In this document: positions 20,311 to 33,878 of the stretch, in pieces
How positions within the stretch are numbered: position 1 is the first letter of the stretch
Layout of the letters: every line of letters begins with the position of its first letter
Assembly: GCA_032718475.1 (NCBI GenBank)
Contig: JAUCBJ010006656.1
Span: 1 to 64,000, forward strand
From: Nemertoderma westbladi
Taxonomy: Eukaryota; Animalia; Xenacoelomorpha
Direction of reading: 5' to 3'
DNA length: 64,000 bases
Program-made: the position numbers and the translations under genes
The notes under the pieces: model-generated
The model's input: only the letters and a program-made list of their open reading frames with translations
Database searches by the model: none
Told to the model about the DNA's origin: nothing

Positions 20311-23300
20311 TGTAGTATGGTATGGGACCTACCGGTATGAATGATCAGTATTATATATATCATTGCCTTCTCAATACTATACTGGCGCAGTGTGTAGTTC
20401 AGTAGTTACCGGTACTGCGGTATTTAGGCTGGTCTGGCATCTGGTGTTCAGTACCGGGTTGCAGTACCTACCGTGTGGATAATATTGGCAAACATATTTA
20501 TTTGCTCGAACTGTGAACTGGCTGGTCGGTATGATTATAATTTTGATTATCAGTTTATTGTTGGCCTAACTGCCTGACTTAACACTTTCGCGGTGTAACT
20601 CTGAACTCTTTGGCTTAATCGGAACTGGCTGGCAGGCTGGCAAACCTCCTGGACTGCTGGACGGATTGTTGCTGTATTTCTGTATTTGATAGGCCTACCG
20701 CTACTACTGCTGTACGGTGGATGAACGAACATACTGGTACTTACAAACAACAAACATACCAGTACTCACAAACTGACAGCGTATTGGTACAACACTATAT
20801 CTGGACATAACTTACCGGTACAGCCCTATGGCGATGGCGAAGTACCCAGTACCCCCGGCATTGGATGTCAATGCTGAAGATATGGCTTTAGAATTTGGAG
20901 AATGGCGTCAAACATTTGATTTCTGGGCAGATGCAACCGACCTACGTAATACAGATAATGTAGAATCCCGAAAGGTTGGTGCACTGATGACATGTATTGG
21001 TAAAGCAGGTCAGAAAATTGCCATCCAAAATTTTACCTATACTGCAGATCGTCCATGCACTCTCACTAATCTGTTGGATGATTTTGCAACCTATTTTGAA
21101 CCCCTGCGCAATTTGTTGGTTATGCGCCACCTTTTTATGTCTCGTAAGCAGCGAGATGGGGAAACAGTTTCTGATTTTTTAACTTCACTGAAACAGTTAG
21201 CTAATTATTGTGAATTACAAAATGAAACACCTGACACTAAAGTTCGAGATATGTTTATTGTAGGGATTCAAAATGAAGAATTGCGTAAACAGTTGTTGCA
21301 GCTTCCTGCAGATGCAACTCTACCTCAGGTGCGCAATTTAGCAGGGGCATTTGAAGCAGCTCAGTGGTCATAAGGAACTTAAATTCTCGGGAGAGGAGAA
21401 GGGTACCACATCTGATGTACTGGCAGTTAGACGCTGCCCTGTTCAATGGCGCGAATCTGGTACTGGTGCCAGTAATAGTAGCCTAGGTAGGCCTACTGGA
21501 AAACCTCTGACTACTTATATACCCAACCAGCGAAATCGTATGTCAGGGTGGGATGTTTTTCGGTTTTGCTGTCAGTCTCATCGAAAAGGTTCATGCCCTG
21601 CCTATGGTCTGTTTTGTCAGCAATGTGGGTTGCGTAATCACTTCAGGGGCTCCCCACTCTGCAGACAGGGTCAGGGAATAGGGAAATCCACGCCCAACTC
21701 ATTGCAAGCAGTACCACCTTCTGGTGTTTCCCGGCGGAATCTTCCATCTCATAATGTTAGATATGTTGAGGATGAATTTTGTGCAGTTGATGCTATAGTT
21801 CAGGACTCGTTTTCTCAGCTTGACATTGATGCTGACCATGAGGTTGAGGTATATGGCTCAGACCATGATGATGTGTCATCATATGACATTCAGACAATTA
21901 AGCATGTCATTTCGCAAATTGGTGTTGATACATCTAAGTGGATGGTTTCCTTGTATGTATTAGGTCCATCACAAGGTATGTATATTGTATATACCATTTT
22001 TAGTGGATACTGGTACTAAGCACAGTATAATTCCCAGTAAATTCATATCTCCTATGATTATTCAATCTGCACCTGCAGAACAACTGCGTGGCTATATGTC
22101 CCAATGTTCATTACCATTGTTAGGGACGGCAACTGTTACTCTAACCTATTCCGGAGTTACAATTAGCACCAACATATATGTTGTCCGTGATGCACCCCTT
22201 TCCCTTCTTGGCCAGGACGATATAGAAAAGTTAGGCCTCATCAGCTGTCATTTTAAGCCACACCACTCAAATGTTGTCCATTCAGTGAATTCTTCTTATT
22301 CAAACATGTATTCGTCTGGAGAGAATAGAGAATTGCCTCCAATGAAAATACCCTGTGTTGATATTAAGATTAAGCCAGATGCCCTTCCAGTCCAACAGCC
22401 TATTACGTCGCATCCCATTTGGTTTATTGCCTGAGCTAAAGGAGGAAATCCTTCTTTCTTAGTGGGAATTGTTTAGAGGGAATTATTATACGTGTGGAAT
22501 CAAAAGAGGAAAGAGAAAATCCCAGTGAATGGGTAAGCCCAGTGGTATTAGCCCGAAAACCTAGTGGGAAACTTAGGCTATGTTTAGATCTTCGGGTATT
22601 AAATAAAGCAGTAGTCCATTCACGGATTCTTATCCCAACTCCAGAGGAGCTCTTTGCCAAGGTTGAAGGATGTTGCAATTTTTCGAAATTGGATGCATAC
22701 TCTGGATTCCATCAAGTGTGACTTTCTCCCTCAGCCTCACAGCTAACAACTTTTGTTCTTCCATTCGGTACCTTTAGATATGTTTGCCTCCCATTCGGTA
22801 TTACTAATGCACCCGAATTATATCATCAGTTAATGGCTGAAAGCTTGGAAGATATCAAGGGTGCTGATGTTCTGGAAGACAATGTTCTTATTTATGCAAA
22901 GACCTTAGATGAGCATGATGCAATATTAGCAATGGTAATGCAGCGCTGTAAGAATATGTCTATCTACTTAAATCCAGCGAAGTGTGAATATAGGAAGTCT
23001 GAGTTGAGGTACCTGGGCCATATCATTCCAGCTGAAGCTTGCTTTGCTTTTTTTGCTGCAAAGATTCAGGCAGTGACTTAAATGTCCTCACCAACCTCAG
23101 TGGCAGAGTGCCGTCGATTTCTAGGGATGGCAACATATTTGGCCAAATTTGTGCCAAGGTTTAGTGAGATTTCCACTCCCATCCGTAATCTGCTGAAGGG
23201 AAATATTGTCTTTTATTGGTCTTCTGATTGCGAAAAAGCCTTTAGTGACATCAAGAACCTGCTTACTAAATTTCCTACATTAAAGTTTTATAATCCCGAC

Positions 23301-23895
23301 CTTGACTCATATATCCAATGCGATGCTTCGCCTTCAGGCTTGGGTGTTGTTTTGCTACAATCTGACCCTAGTACTTGTACTATACGACCTGTTGCATTTG
23401 CCAGTCGGTCTCTGTCACCCACAGAGCAGCGATATTCCCAAATAGAACGGGAGACCTTAGCTATTTCATTTGGTGTCCATAGGTTCCGCCAGTATGTTCT
23501 TGGATTGAAGTTCACAGTCCTCTCTGACCATAAACCATTGAAAGCAATATTTGACAAACCCCTTGATAAATGTCCTGCTCGGATAATGAAGTTCTTGGTT
23601 AACCTACAACAGTATTCGTTTGTTCTCCAGTTCATTCCTGGTAAGACTAATATAATTGCGGACACCCTATCCAGAGCTCCCCTTCCTAATGCACAGGATG
23701 ACATAGGTTATGATTCGTACATCAATGTAATCCTCCCGTCTCACTTTGTGGATATAGAACAATTAGCTCAGGAGACATCCAAATGTTCTGAGGTGTCTAG
23801 TATTATCCGACGACTTCAGCTAGGTGATTGGACATTGTTAACAGAAGTGGAAGCGAGATATAAAGGTATCTTAAATGAACTGTCTGTGATAGATG
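20311..23895 (+). mobile_element. Gypsy element 1, 5' half (71-bp LTR, tRNA-Ser-type PBS, gag, protease, RT, RNase H), Mag-like, pseudogenised
   Basis: TAACG TSD at 20306-20310. PBS TGGCGCAGT at 20383. Gag 20828-22019 with CCHC knuckles, protease FLVDTG, RT (WVSPVV, LCLDLR, KLDAYSGFHQ), RNase H (CDAS, YSQIERE, DHKPL, ADTLSR). Multiple stops and frameshifts. Confidence 0.92.
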
Positions 23896-26316
23896 CTCGG
23901 GATTCAGCTGTATTGATCTGATGGAACAGGATGCAGTTAATAAAGTAAAAAGTCTATGTAAGGGGACCATATTTACAGCTGGAGACTTCAATTGCCGCAT
24001 TGACGACCCATGTAATCGTGGTGACCAGCTCAGTGGAGGTCTAATTGGCGCTGTACTACACTGTTTAAACAATCCCACTGAACCGACATATCATTGCTGG
24101 AATGAGCAAAGCACGATCGATTTGATCTTTGTTGAAGAACCTTTAATAGAAAACACAGTTATAGAAACCCTACCAACCTTTAACACTAAACACGTATGGG
24201 TTAAGGCGGAGGTGGCCCTTAATCAGATAAACCGAAGACAGCGGCGAGCTGTTAAGATAAAATACTTGGATGTCAATAAACTAGAAGAAATACTAAACAT
24301 TAGTGATTTTGAGGCTGAACTAAACAATGGTGCAATGGCAGCATGCAGTTGCATTACAACAGCACTATCGCAGGCATCTAAAGAGCAGAGCCCAAGACAA
24401 TCCAAACCGTGGTTTGATAGCAAGTGCCATGAGGAAAGAAGAAGGGTTGCAATCAAGTACAAAGAAATGATAGCTTCACCCACAGCTCAACTGCGAGAAG
24501 AACACAACGCAATAAAGCGCTCATATAGGTGGCTATTGTTGAATAAGAAGAAAGTGTTTGAACTGAGAAAGGAATACAAACTAGTTGAGGATTGCGAGTC
24601 AAACAAAGCAAAGTTTTGGGATATTATCAAACCACGACAGGTCAAACCCGCTTCTCAGCAAGTTTCCCAAGAAGACTGTACTGCCCACTTGAGGGGACTG
24701 CTGAAGGCGAAAGAAGCACCCAACATGCCCGATCTGCCGGAAAACCCGGTGATGGATGACCTGGACCGCTCATTCAGATGTTGAAATATCTGAGGCTATC
24801 TTAAAACAAAGAATAATAAGGCTACGGGGCCAGATGGAATTACAAATGAGGCATTAAAAATAGGGCTGCGACATCTACTTCCATTTCTTCTCGCACTGTT
24901 TAGCATATGCTTCTCTGCTGCTACTAGCCCCCTCCAATGGCTATTATCATATCTTATCCCACTTTATAAAGGTAAAGGGCCAGAAGTCATCACCAGATAA
25001 CTACCGTGGTGTCGCTCTTTTATCGTGTCTGTACAAGGCCTACTCTGGAATGTTGGCCACTACACTCTACCTTTGGGCAGAATTAAATAATAATCTTCGT
25101 GATGCGTAGTTTGGTTTCCGCAGAGGATGCTCGACTCTTCTAGCTGTGAAACTCTGGTACAACCGTCTTCAAACAGCAATTAACCCATCCGGGGGACACA
25201 TTTATTGTGTATTCGTTGACTTTAATAAAGCTTTCGACTCTGTAAACCGGGAAAAACTTGTCCGCAAGCTATCAGCGATTGGAATCAGCAGGAAATTTAT
25301 CACTGCAATTTGGGTATTTCTTGCAATTAATTTTGTTTGTATAAGTATTGCAGGTTACATTCTAGATGCAATAGAACAGACCATCGGGCTAGTGCAGGGA
25401 GACAAATTGTCTCCGCTACTGTTTAGTTTGTTCATCTCAGACCTTCCTGCGGTACTGACAGCGGTCTGCTGCTGGGTAATTATGTTTGCCGACGATCTTG
25501 TGATCATAGGAAACTCAATTGAGGATGTTCAAACGAGTCTCGATAGATTGGCTGAATACTGTAATTCGAACGATCTCGTTGTTAATTTAAAAAAGACAAA
25601 GGCTGTGAAATTTCGAAAAGGTGGTCCACTGTCAAGAAGTGATGTTTTAACTTACATGGGGAATCCAGTTGAGTTTCAGAACTCCTACTTATACCTCGGT
25701 GTACTGCTATCAATGAAAAATGGCCCATCAAAACACTACGACCATTTGTACAACAAAGGCCTCGTTTGCTGTGTTCGCCTAGCAACCACGATTTGCTTAA
25801 CAACCATCGGCATGAACTCAGCACAACACCTATGGAAATCTATTGTTATCCCATCGATTACATATGGTTGCAAAACATTTACTCCTGATAGTGAACAGCT
25901 AAATGAAAATGAATAAGAACATGTCAGAAAAATCCGAGGCCTATTCTGGAAAATGTGGTGCGGGATCAGTAAATACGCCTCTACAACCACAATCTTATCT
26001 GCAATCGATCAGGCAACTACATTGGAACCCCACCTTCAACCCCTGACGGGGTATCGACGACGGACAGCTGCGCAATTAATATCAAACAGGTACCACCATA
26101 AGATGTGTTCAAACGAGCGATGTTGGCGACAGACTGACACTTGCATCTGTAGACTGTGTCTCGCGCCTGTGACGAACAGCCTCCACTACGAACTATGCAA
26201 ATATATCCCGAAACTGACATCCAAGCTACGTTGTGCCATCTTTCTAGATAAATTACAATTACCTTCCACTGAGAATGATCTGTGACCGAATAACTTATTT
26301 ATTTTATTATTACTTT
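23896..26316 (+). mobile_element. Non-LTR retrotransposon (LINE) ORF2: endonuclease C-part and RT, degenerate
   Basis: AGDFNC and STIDL (AP endonuclease), KPWFD, GPDG, FVDFNKAFD, QGDKLSPLLF, FADD, YLG, a Cys/His-rich C-terminus and an AT-rich tail. Clade not determined. Confidence 0.9.
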
Positions 26317-26419
26317 TAAATGGCCTTTTATCCAATATGTATATCTATATTTTCCTTCGAAATTTTTGTTGGTGCTAATTTTAACTCGATTATGAATCAA
26401 TTAAATACTGATACATTCA

Positions 26420-26900
26420 ATTCGGTATTCAGGACTCCCTCCAGTCCAATTCGGTATTCAGGACTCCCTCCAGAAATAAGTTTGACTTTGTGTTTCGTAA
26501 TGTCCTTTATAAGTCCAGTCAGATCTTCATAAAACTTAACTGTTTGTTCTGGCTCTGAGGCATTGGTTGGACTGTAGCAACATATTACTGTTGTCTTGGG
26601 ATTCCTATCAAATGTTGCAATCATGACCCTGGAATTTATAGATTCGATGTTGTTTAGGGTCTGAAGTGCAAATGGGCTTAGCAGAATTCCTACTCCACCA
26701 ATTGATGCTTTGCTCAAATTTCTGCTTTCTGCTGAGTTTGTTACTAACGTCCATCCATTTCCAATGTCATTATACTTGATGCATCCATCATCTTCATGAC
26801 AAATACAACGTACTTGAATACAGATTATGTTGATGTAATATTCCATAGTCAAATAATGTTATCCAATTGTTGACACTTTTAACTTGTATAATTATTGTTA
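26420..26900 (-). mobile_element. Old RTE-type LINE endonuclease fragment
   Basis: IICIQ, GGVGILLS, CYSPTN and FYEDL motifs in ORF 26397-26852. Paralogous pieces at 37088-37350 and 39445-39600. Confidence 0.8.
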
Positions 26901-27142
26901 ACTACACTTTTACCATATGAATGGCAACCATCTTTTTGTAATTCTGATTTTGATTAATTGATAAGGCTGACCCTAAATAGGTCTATATTTCCTCTGTATT
27001 TCATTCGGATCCATGATTTTTATGTAACTATAATTATTCTCTGTTGTCAACTTTTGTTTGGGCATACTACTTTACTAATGAAATGACTGTCGATGAACAC
27101 CGTGGTACTTAATTTATTACATTTTATTATTATCGATTTTAC

Positions 27143-30100
27143 TGTGATAGACCAATATAATTAGGTCATACTTAAGCTGGTGGAGGGTAACTGTTTTGGT
27201 TACATATAATATTAATATATGACATACCGTGCTCCAGTATTCAGTGTACTGGTTTAAGGGTAATAGCGGTTACCGGTACTGATTAACATGTGAGGATTGA
27301 CAATTATATATAGACATGTATGGCGTTGTTATATTATATTCCTCTCTCTGAGTGTCCAGTGATCCACAGAAGGACGGAGACATAAAATGGCGCAGTGGTT
27401 ATAGACTCGTTCCTACAGCCACAACTGGATAACCGAAAACAAGCGGCGGGTTGAGGGATGAACGGACTGAAAAGTAACTGAGTTACGGGTAGGCCTACTG
27501 GACTTCTCACCGTCAGAGTGTTGTACCGGTACTGTAAAATTTACCTATCCCCTACCGCCCTAATATGTCACAGATGATCGGAGATGACGATTATCTCGAT
27601 TTATCATTGGAAGATGTCGACAAACTGGATCGACCACAACTTATCACCCACTGTAAAAATGGTGGTATTCCCTTCGAACCAAGAACATCATCTGTCACGC
27701 TACGGAAACGTCTCACGAAATTCCTTTCAACCGAAGACGAACCTAAACCTAAAGTGATGACAGCTCCGCCGACTGATCTCACTACTCTCATTGTACAAAT
27801 AGAACAACAGCGGAGGGATGACGAACTTCAACGGGAAGATCAATGCCGGGAGGATGAACAACGATGTGCAGACGAACGAGCCGAGATGGTTCAACTTTTA
27901 GCTCGATTAAATATACCTGGCTCAGCGCCGGTACCCGCCGGCAATGTGCCACACACAATGCACCTGCACGACCAACCTGGGGCAAGACTCCAACTCCGAC
28001 AACCGGATATACTCGATGTCGGTATGCGTTTTCGGCAGTTTAAACACTGGGAAACATCCTGAAACAATTACGTCCAGGTAATGAAACTATCGGATAAACC
28101 GAGGAGGGACCAGGTCGCTGCCCTATTCTCTTACTGTCACCCGGATTTACTTAACCGCATTCATTACACAATGGGTATCGCCCAGGATACGGATAAAACT
28201 ATGGATGAAATCCTCACGGACATTCGGGTTTATCTTCGAGAAGAACAAAATATCACCGTGTATCGATACGAGTTGTTGAGACAAAAACAACTCGACGGTC
28301 AAACCTTCGAGGAGTTTCATGTTCACCTCCAAGAGATGGCAGATGATGCCATGATTGAACAGATGACTCCAGATGTTGGATTACAACTCTCCTGGTTTGC
28401 GGAATTTGCGATGACGAAACTCACCGGGAAATTTTCAGGAAAAAACCGCCACTCGATTTACCTCAGACTATCGATTTATGCCACCACCGGGAGCTGGCAA
28501 CGAAGGAGGGAAACCGTCTAAAAAACAGCTCAGTCGGGGCTGTAAAACACAGCGATGGGGTTCATTCGGGACGTCCTCAATTTAAAAGTCGTTACAAAAA
28601 ATCAAAGGAGAATCGAATCGCAGACAGATCCCCATCTTCCTCGCGCTCGCACTTGCGCGCAGCTAAACTCGGACAATGCTCGCGATGCGGCGACCCCTGG
28701 CCACATAGTGGAGGGAAACTATGCCGCACTAAAGGAAAAGTATGTTCAAAATGTGGTAAAATGAATCACTTACTTAAGATGTGCCGCACACCTACAGATA
28801 CCAAGGTATCGGGTTCCATTCATATAGCACACATAGGGGAGGAGCGTAATAAACCCATAATTCCTATTAATTTTTACAAAATTGGGGGAGAATTTTTGGG
28901 TAATAAACTGTGTGTAGCAGATACTGGTGCTCAAATAATAGCTGCTGGTCCCGAGGTTCTCTATGACTGGCATATGGACCGATATAGACTAAAAAATTCA
29001 GATTCCCCACTCACTGCGGTCAATGGTAAACAAATGAAATTTAAGGGAGGGCCGCATGGAGATGGTGCTAAAGCTCAGAAACAAAGAAGTCCGGGAATGG
29101 GTATACTCTATACATTTGTCCTGAAATTGCCCATGGGTCGGTTTTTCTATCCCTATCTGCCTGTCTAGGGTTGGGAATCGTACATCCAGACTTTCCTCGC
29201 CCCATTTACCAAATGAACTCATTAGAGTGCAATGAGACACCTACCTACATTGACGCGTCACCCACTGACATTGATTCCACTGTTACCAACAGGTCACCCA
29301 CTGTCACTATTGAGACACTCACTGGTAACACAAATAGCACTGTAACAGAGAATGTAGAAGATATTAAGAGTAAACTTCTCCACGAGTTCAGTGACGTATT
29401 TGGGAATGGCCAAAGTTTAAAAACAATGGTGGGCCAGCCAATGAAAATAAAGTTGAAGGATAATGCAATTCCTTTCAAACTCTATACACACCGAGCTGTG
29501 CCTTTCCATTATCGGGCCAAAACAAAGGAGACCATAGACCAGATGGTCACCAATGGTGTCATAGAACGTGTTGGGGATAGGTCAACCGAGTGGTGTCATC
29601 CAATGGTTGTTTGTCCCAAACCCAATTCCCCTGGTGAAGTACCAATAACCGTAGATTTGACCAGACTGAATAACCAAGTAAAACGGACAGTACATAACTC
29701 ACTTTCTCCACGTGACATAGTCTCCGACAGAACACTTGGATCTTGTCTCTTCACCACCTTGGATGCAAAAACAGGTTACTGGCAAGTCGACCTTGAAGAG
29801 GACTCCCGTGACCTCACTACATTTATTACACCTTGGGGGTGTTTTAGATACTGTAGGGCACCCATGGGGTACTGGGGACGCCTACAATTATAGGGGGGAC
29901 TTGGCCTTACAGGGCTTACATCCACAAGATCGTGGACGACGTACTTCTTGAGAGTACAAACATCAGTGATCACATTGAGTTGGTACGCAATGTACTTCAG
30001 TGTTGTCGTGACAACTCAATCACCCTAAATCCAAAAAAATTTAATTTCGCACAAAAGCGAGTTAAATTTGCTGGTTTTATAATATCAGCAGACGGGACCG

Positions 30101-32442
30101 AGGCAGACCCTGAGAAGGTTAGAGCAATCCAGGCGAAACCCACGAAACTCCACGAAACTCCACAGACCATAACAGATCTGCGAAGTTTTATGGGATTAAC
30201 TAACCAACTTGGTTGTTTCTCCTCGGAAGTAAGCGTGGCTGCATCGCCATTGTGGGACCTTCTCCGAATGCGTAATGAATTGGTATGGACGGCAATGCAT
30301 GACGAGGCATTTCAAAAACGTCAAACTTGCATTAATAAAACCACCTGTCCTTGCACCATTCGATCCAGATCGTGAAACCCATCTGGAAACAGATGCCAGC
30401 CGTAAACACGGATTAGATTACGATTTACTCCAGCGCCACGGCAATATCTACAAACTAATTGCATGTGGCAGTCACTTCCTCACCGATCGCGAGTCAAGGT
30501 GGGCCACAATTGAGCTGGAGTGTGCAGCTATTAAATATGGCATTACCAAGTGTAGACTATACCTTGAAGGATTACCTGGATTTACAGTAGTTACGGACCA
30601 CTGGCCCTTACTCACCATGTTTAATTGCTACACGCTGGATCAAATCGATAATCATAAAATCCAAAGAATTAAAGCAGACTTGCAATCTGCCTACCAATTC
30701 CACCTAGAGTGGAAACCTGGTAGTAAACACCTAATAGCGGATGGATTCAGCCGCCATCCAGTAGATGATCCACAGGTCGACGAAAAAGATGAATCCATGT
30801 CACTAGGGATTCATCAAATGATATGGCAATAGGGGCCAATGAACCGAATGAGGGGACCACAAAGGAGCCATACGACCCTATTGTGGATGAACTTCGCCAT
30901 ATCGCATTGGCGGACCCTGAATACACTGAGTTAATCGATCAGATCCTTGTGGGATTTCAAACAATCCATAAGGCATCAGACTCAGTCAAACTTTTTAAAT
31001 CAATAAGGGACTCCCTGTCGGTAAACTACAACCTCGTCCTATTCGGTGATCGCTTAGTCATACCAAAGGCTGCTCGAAGCGATATTCTAGAATGCCTACA
31101 TAGCCCTCATCAAGGAATGACGAGGACAAAACAATGTGCGCGCCAAACGGTATACTGGCTCGGAATTGGCCGGGACATTGAGGCAATGACACGGGAATGC
31201 GAAGACTGTAAGCAGCGATTGCCAAGTCTACCGAAAAAAACTCTCAAGGCGTATGACCCACCTACCCGACCATTTCAGCCCGCATCTGCAGACCTATTCG
31301 AATTGAGGAGACGTCATTTCTTGGTATATACCGACTGTTGTCTGGTTACCCAAGCATCACGGAGTGGTAAAGAACACCATGTGCCAGACTAGTAACCTCT
31401 GCATTACGCAAACACTTTGTAGACTTGGGGGTTCCCACGGTATTAAGAACCGATGGGGGACCACAATTTTCAGCCCGTTTCACCAGGGATTTCCTGAAAC
31501 GTTGGGGCGTTGCCTGGAAACCTAGCACACCCTACTACCCAACCAGTAATGGTCACGCTGAGGCGTCAGTAAAACGTCTCAAGTCATTACTGGCAAAGTG
31601 TTCTCAACCCGACATTCACTTGGAGGAATTCCTCCAAGGACTTGTGGAACTCAGAAATTGTCCTCGCAGTGACGGAGCATCCCCAAGTGAACGCGTGTTT
31701 GGTAGATTATTACGAACACGCTTACCTGCCCACCATACGCGGTACGCACAGAGATGACGAGATGAGGCTGATGAAACAGACACAGCTGCTGCCTCTCACC
31801 TTGAGAAAATGGAGGAATTATTCAACCGCACCGATACTGATCTACCCAGCTTCAAATGCGGGTCTAATGTTCGTATACAAGACTCAAATACCAATCGCTG
31901 GACATATATTGGTTGGTACGATCGTTGGTGTGGGTAGAAACCGGGATTATATGGTTAAACTACCATCGGGATGCACCTGGTGGTGAAACCGACGCTTTCC
32001 TAGACCATATTGCATACCACTGAAGAAAGATTTAGATATTACACCAGATGAGTACGTAAATGAAAGTAATACTGAAACCGAAAGTAAACCTAACCTCGGC
32101 GAAGCGAACGGCTTCAAAGCAAAAAAGTTCACTGGTGAATTTACTTCACCAACGATTTAGACTGTCAAAATCGAAAGAAAAAAAAGGAAAGGGCGTTGTG
32201 ATAGACCAATATAATTAGGTCATACTTAAGCTGGTGGAGGGTTACTGTTTTGGTTACATATAATATTAATATATGACATACCGTGCTCCAGTATTCAGTG
32301 TACTGGTTTAAGGGTAATGGTGGTTACCGGTACTGATTAACATGTGAGGATTGACAATTATATATAGACATGTATGGCGTTGTTATATTGTTATTCCTCT
32401 CTCTGAGTGTCCAGTGATCCACAGAAGGACGGAGACACAACA
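27143..32442 (+). mobile_element. Gypsy element 2, full-length, pseudogenised (Mag-like)
   Basis: ~245-bp LTRs at 27143-27387 and 32197-32442. PBS TGGCGCAGTGG at 27388 and a long purine PPT before 32197. Gag with CCHC knuckles, protease ADTGA, RT (LDAKTGYWQ, VDD), RNase H (TDAS), integrase (HSPH..CEDC, TDGGPQF, NGHAE). Many frameshifts. Confidence 0.93.
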
Positions 32443-32924
32443 CATACCTTATTTCTCCTAAAACTCGTAGGATAATAAATTCTCTGGGGACTATTTTTAC
32501 AGAGTCTCTTTCCAACTCCGCTACAGGGGTCTGCCAAAAGTTACAAAATTTAGGATATAGTAGGCCTATATATATATAAAATATATAGGATTTACAGAAT
32601 ACAGAAAATTATGTGGAATATTAAAGAACGATTGTTTTTATCCAACAATTTGTATCATGTTCATCACAAATCTTGCTTCAGCGCTGCTACGAGTTGCAAT
32701 TACTCTATACTTTATCTTCCTCGGCGATGACATGGTGATTTATTTAACAAAACGTAAAAAAAAGAGAAAAAGTTAAAAGGAAAGAAAAAAGTCTAAATCA
32801 ACTACACAATTGGCTTCAAGCAAATAATGTGCGGCTAATCTTTAAATAACTGAAAAATAAAATTTCGCCGCGGCAGAAAGATTTCCAGCAACGCATATGA
32901 TGGCATATTATCTTGGGACTCGAG

Positions 32925-33140
32925 AATAGATCTATTGGAGCTCAGTATGGCGTGTTGGCTCGGCTCGAGGCGCAAAAATAGATCAAATGGAGCACTGTAG
33001 GCCGTGTTAGCTCGCCTTGGGGCGCGAGGATAGATCTAATGGAACGCAGTTAGGGCGTGTTGGCTCGGCTCGGGGCGCGAGGATAGATCTAATGGAGCGC
33101 AGTTAGGGCGTGTTGGCTCGGCTTGTAATGTGAGAATAGA
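32925..33140. repeat. ~53-bp tandem repeat (GATAGATCTAATGGAGCGCAGTTAGGGCGTGTTGGCTCGGCTCGGGGCGCGAG), about 4 copies
   Basis: Directly visible. Confidence 0.85.
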
Positions 33141-33878
33141 TCATATAGAATAGGCCTACAGTAGATTCATATAAATGAATAAAAATAAGAATGAAAAAAA
33201 ATTAATACAAATGTACAAAAAAACGTATCAAATTTAGGCCTACAGTAGTCTGTTAGTGGTTATTAAGTTGAGTTTCTAAGTTCTGAGTCTGAATTGTTCT
33301 GAGACAATACTTTTTATCTTTGATATTTTATAAAAATATTTTGGATTTTCTGGGTTGGGAAATACTGTATAATGATATTATAGATTAGGGGCTATAAATG
33401 GCCCGATTCCTTACCGGTTATTGTAAGATTGAATTTATTTGGAAAATTACTACTGTAGTCATAACGTTATTCTTTCATCCTTTGACGAAAAATTTATATC
33501 CTTGAATACCTCTTTGCGGCCAATGCAAGAATTTATAATCTTGATTTGAAATGCTGCTTCTGTTGGAATCGGTATGGAGGATTATGTAATAAAAGAAGGT
33601 GAGCAAATTTTTGTTTCTCTTATTTTTAAAGGGGAAAACCGCTATTTATATTACATATACTGTACATATACATATATTTAAATGCACAAGCGCTCAGAAA
33701 TATTTTTATAATAAATAAATATAACTTTAGCAGAAAAGTCCCATAACCTTATGTTTAATTCATAGTGTTACATTACTGTTCAGTATATCCTAATACTGAA
33801 ACATAGAGCACTAATTCAACAGCGACGTACAGTAAAAAGTTTAGGGAATTTTTTTTTACTTTTAATAAGAGAGTTCAG

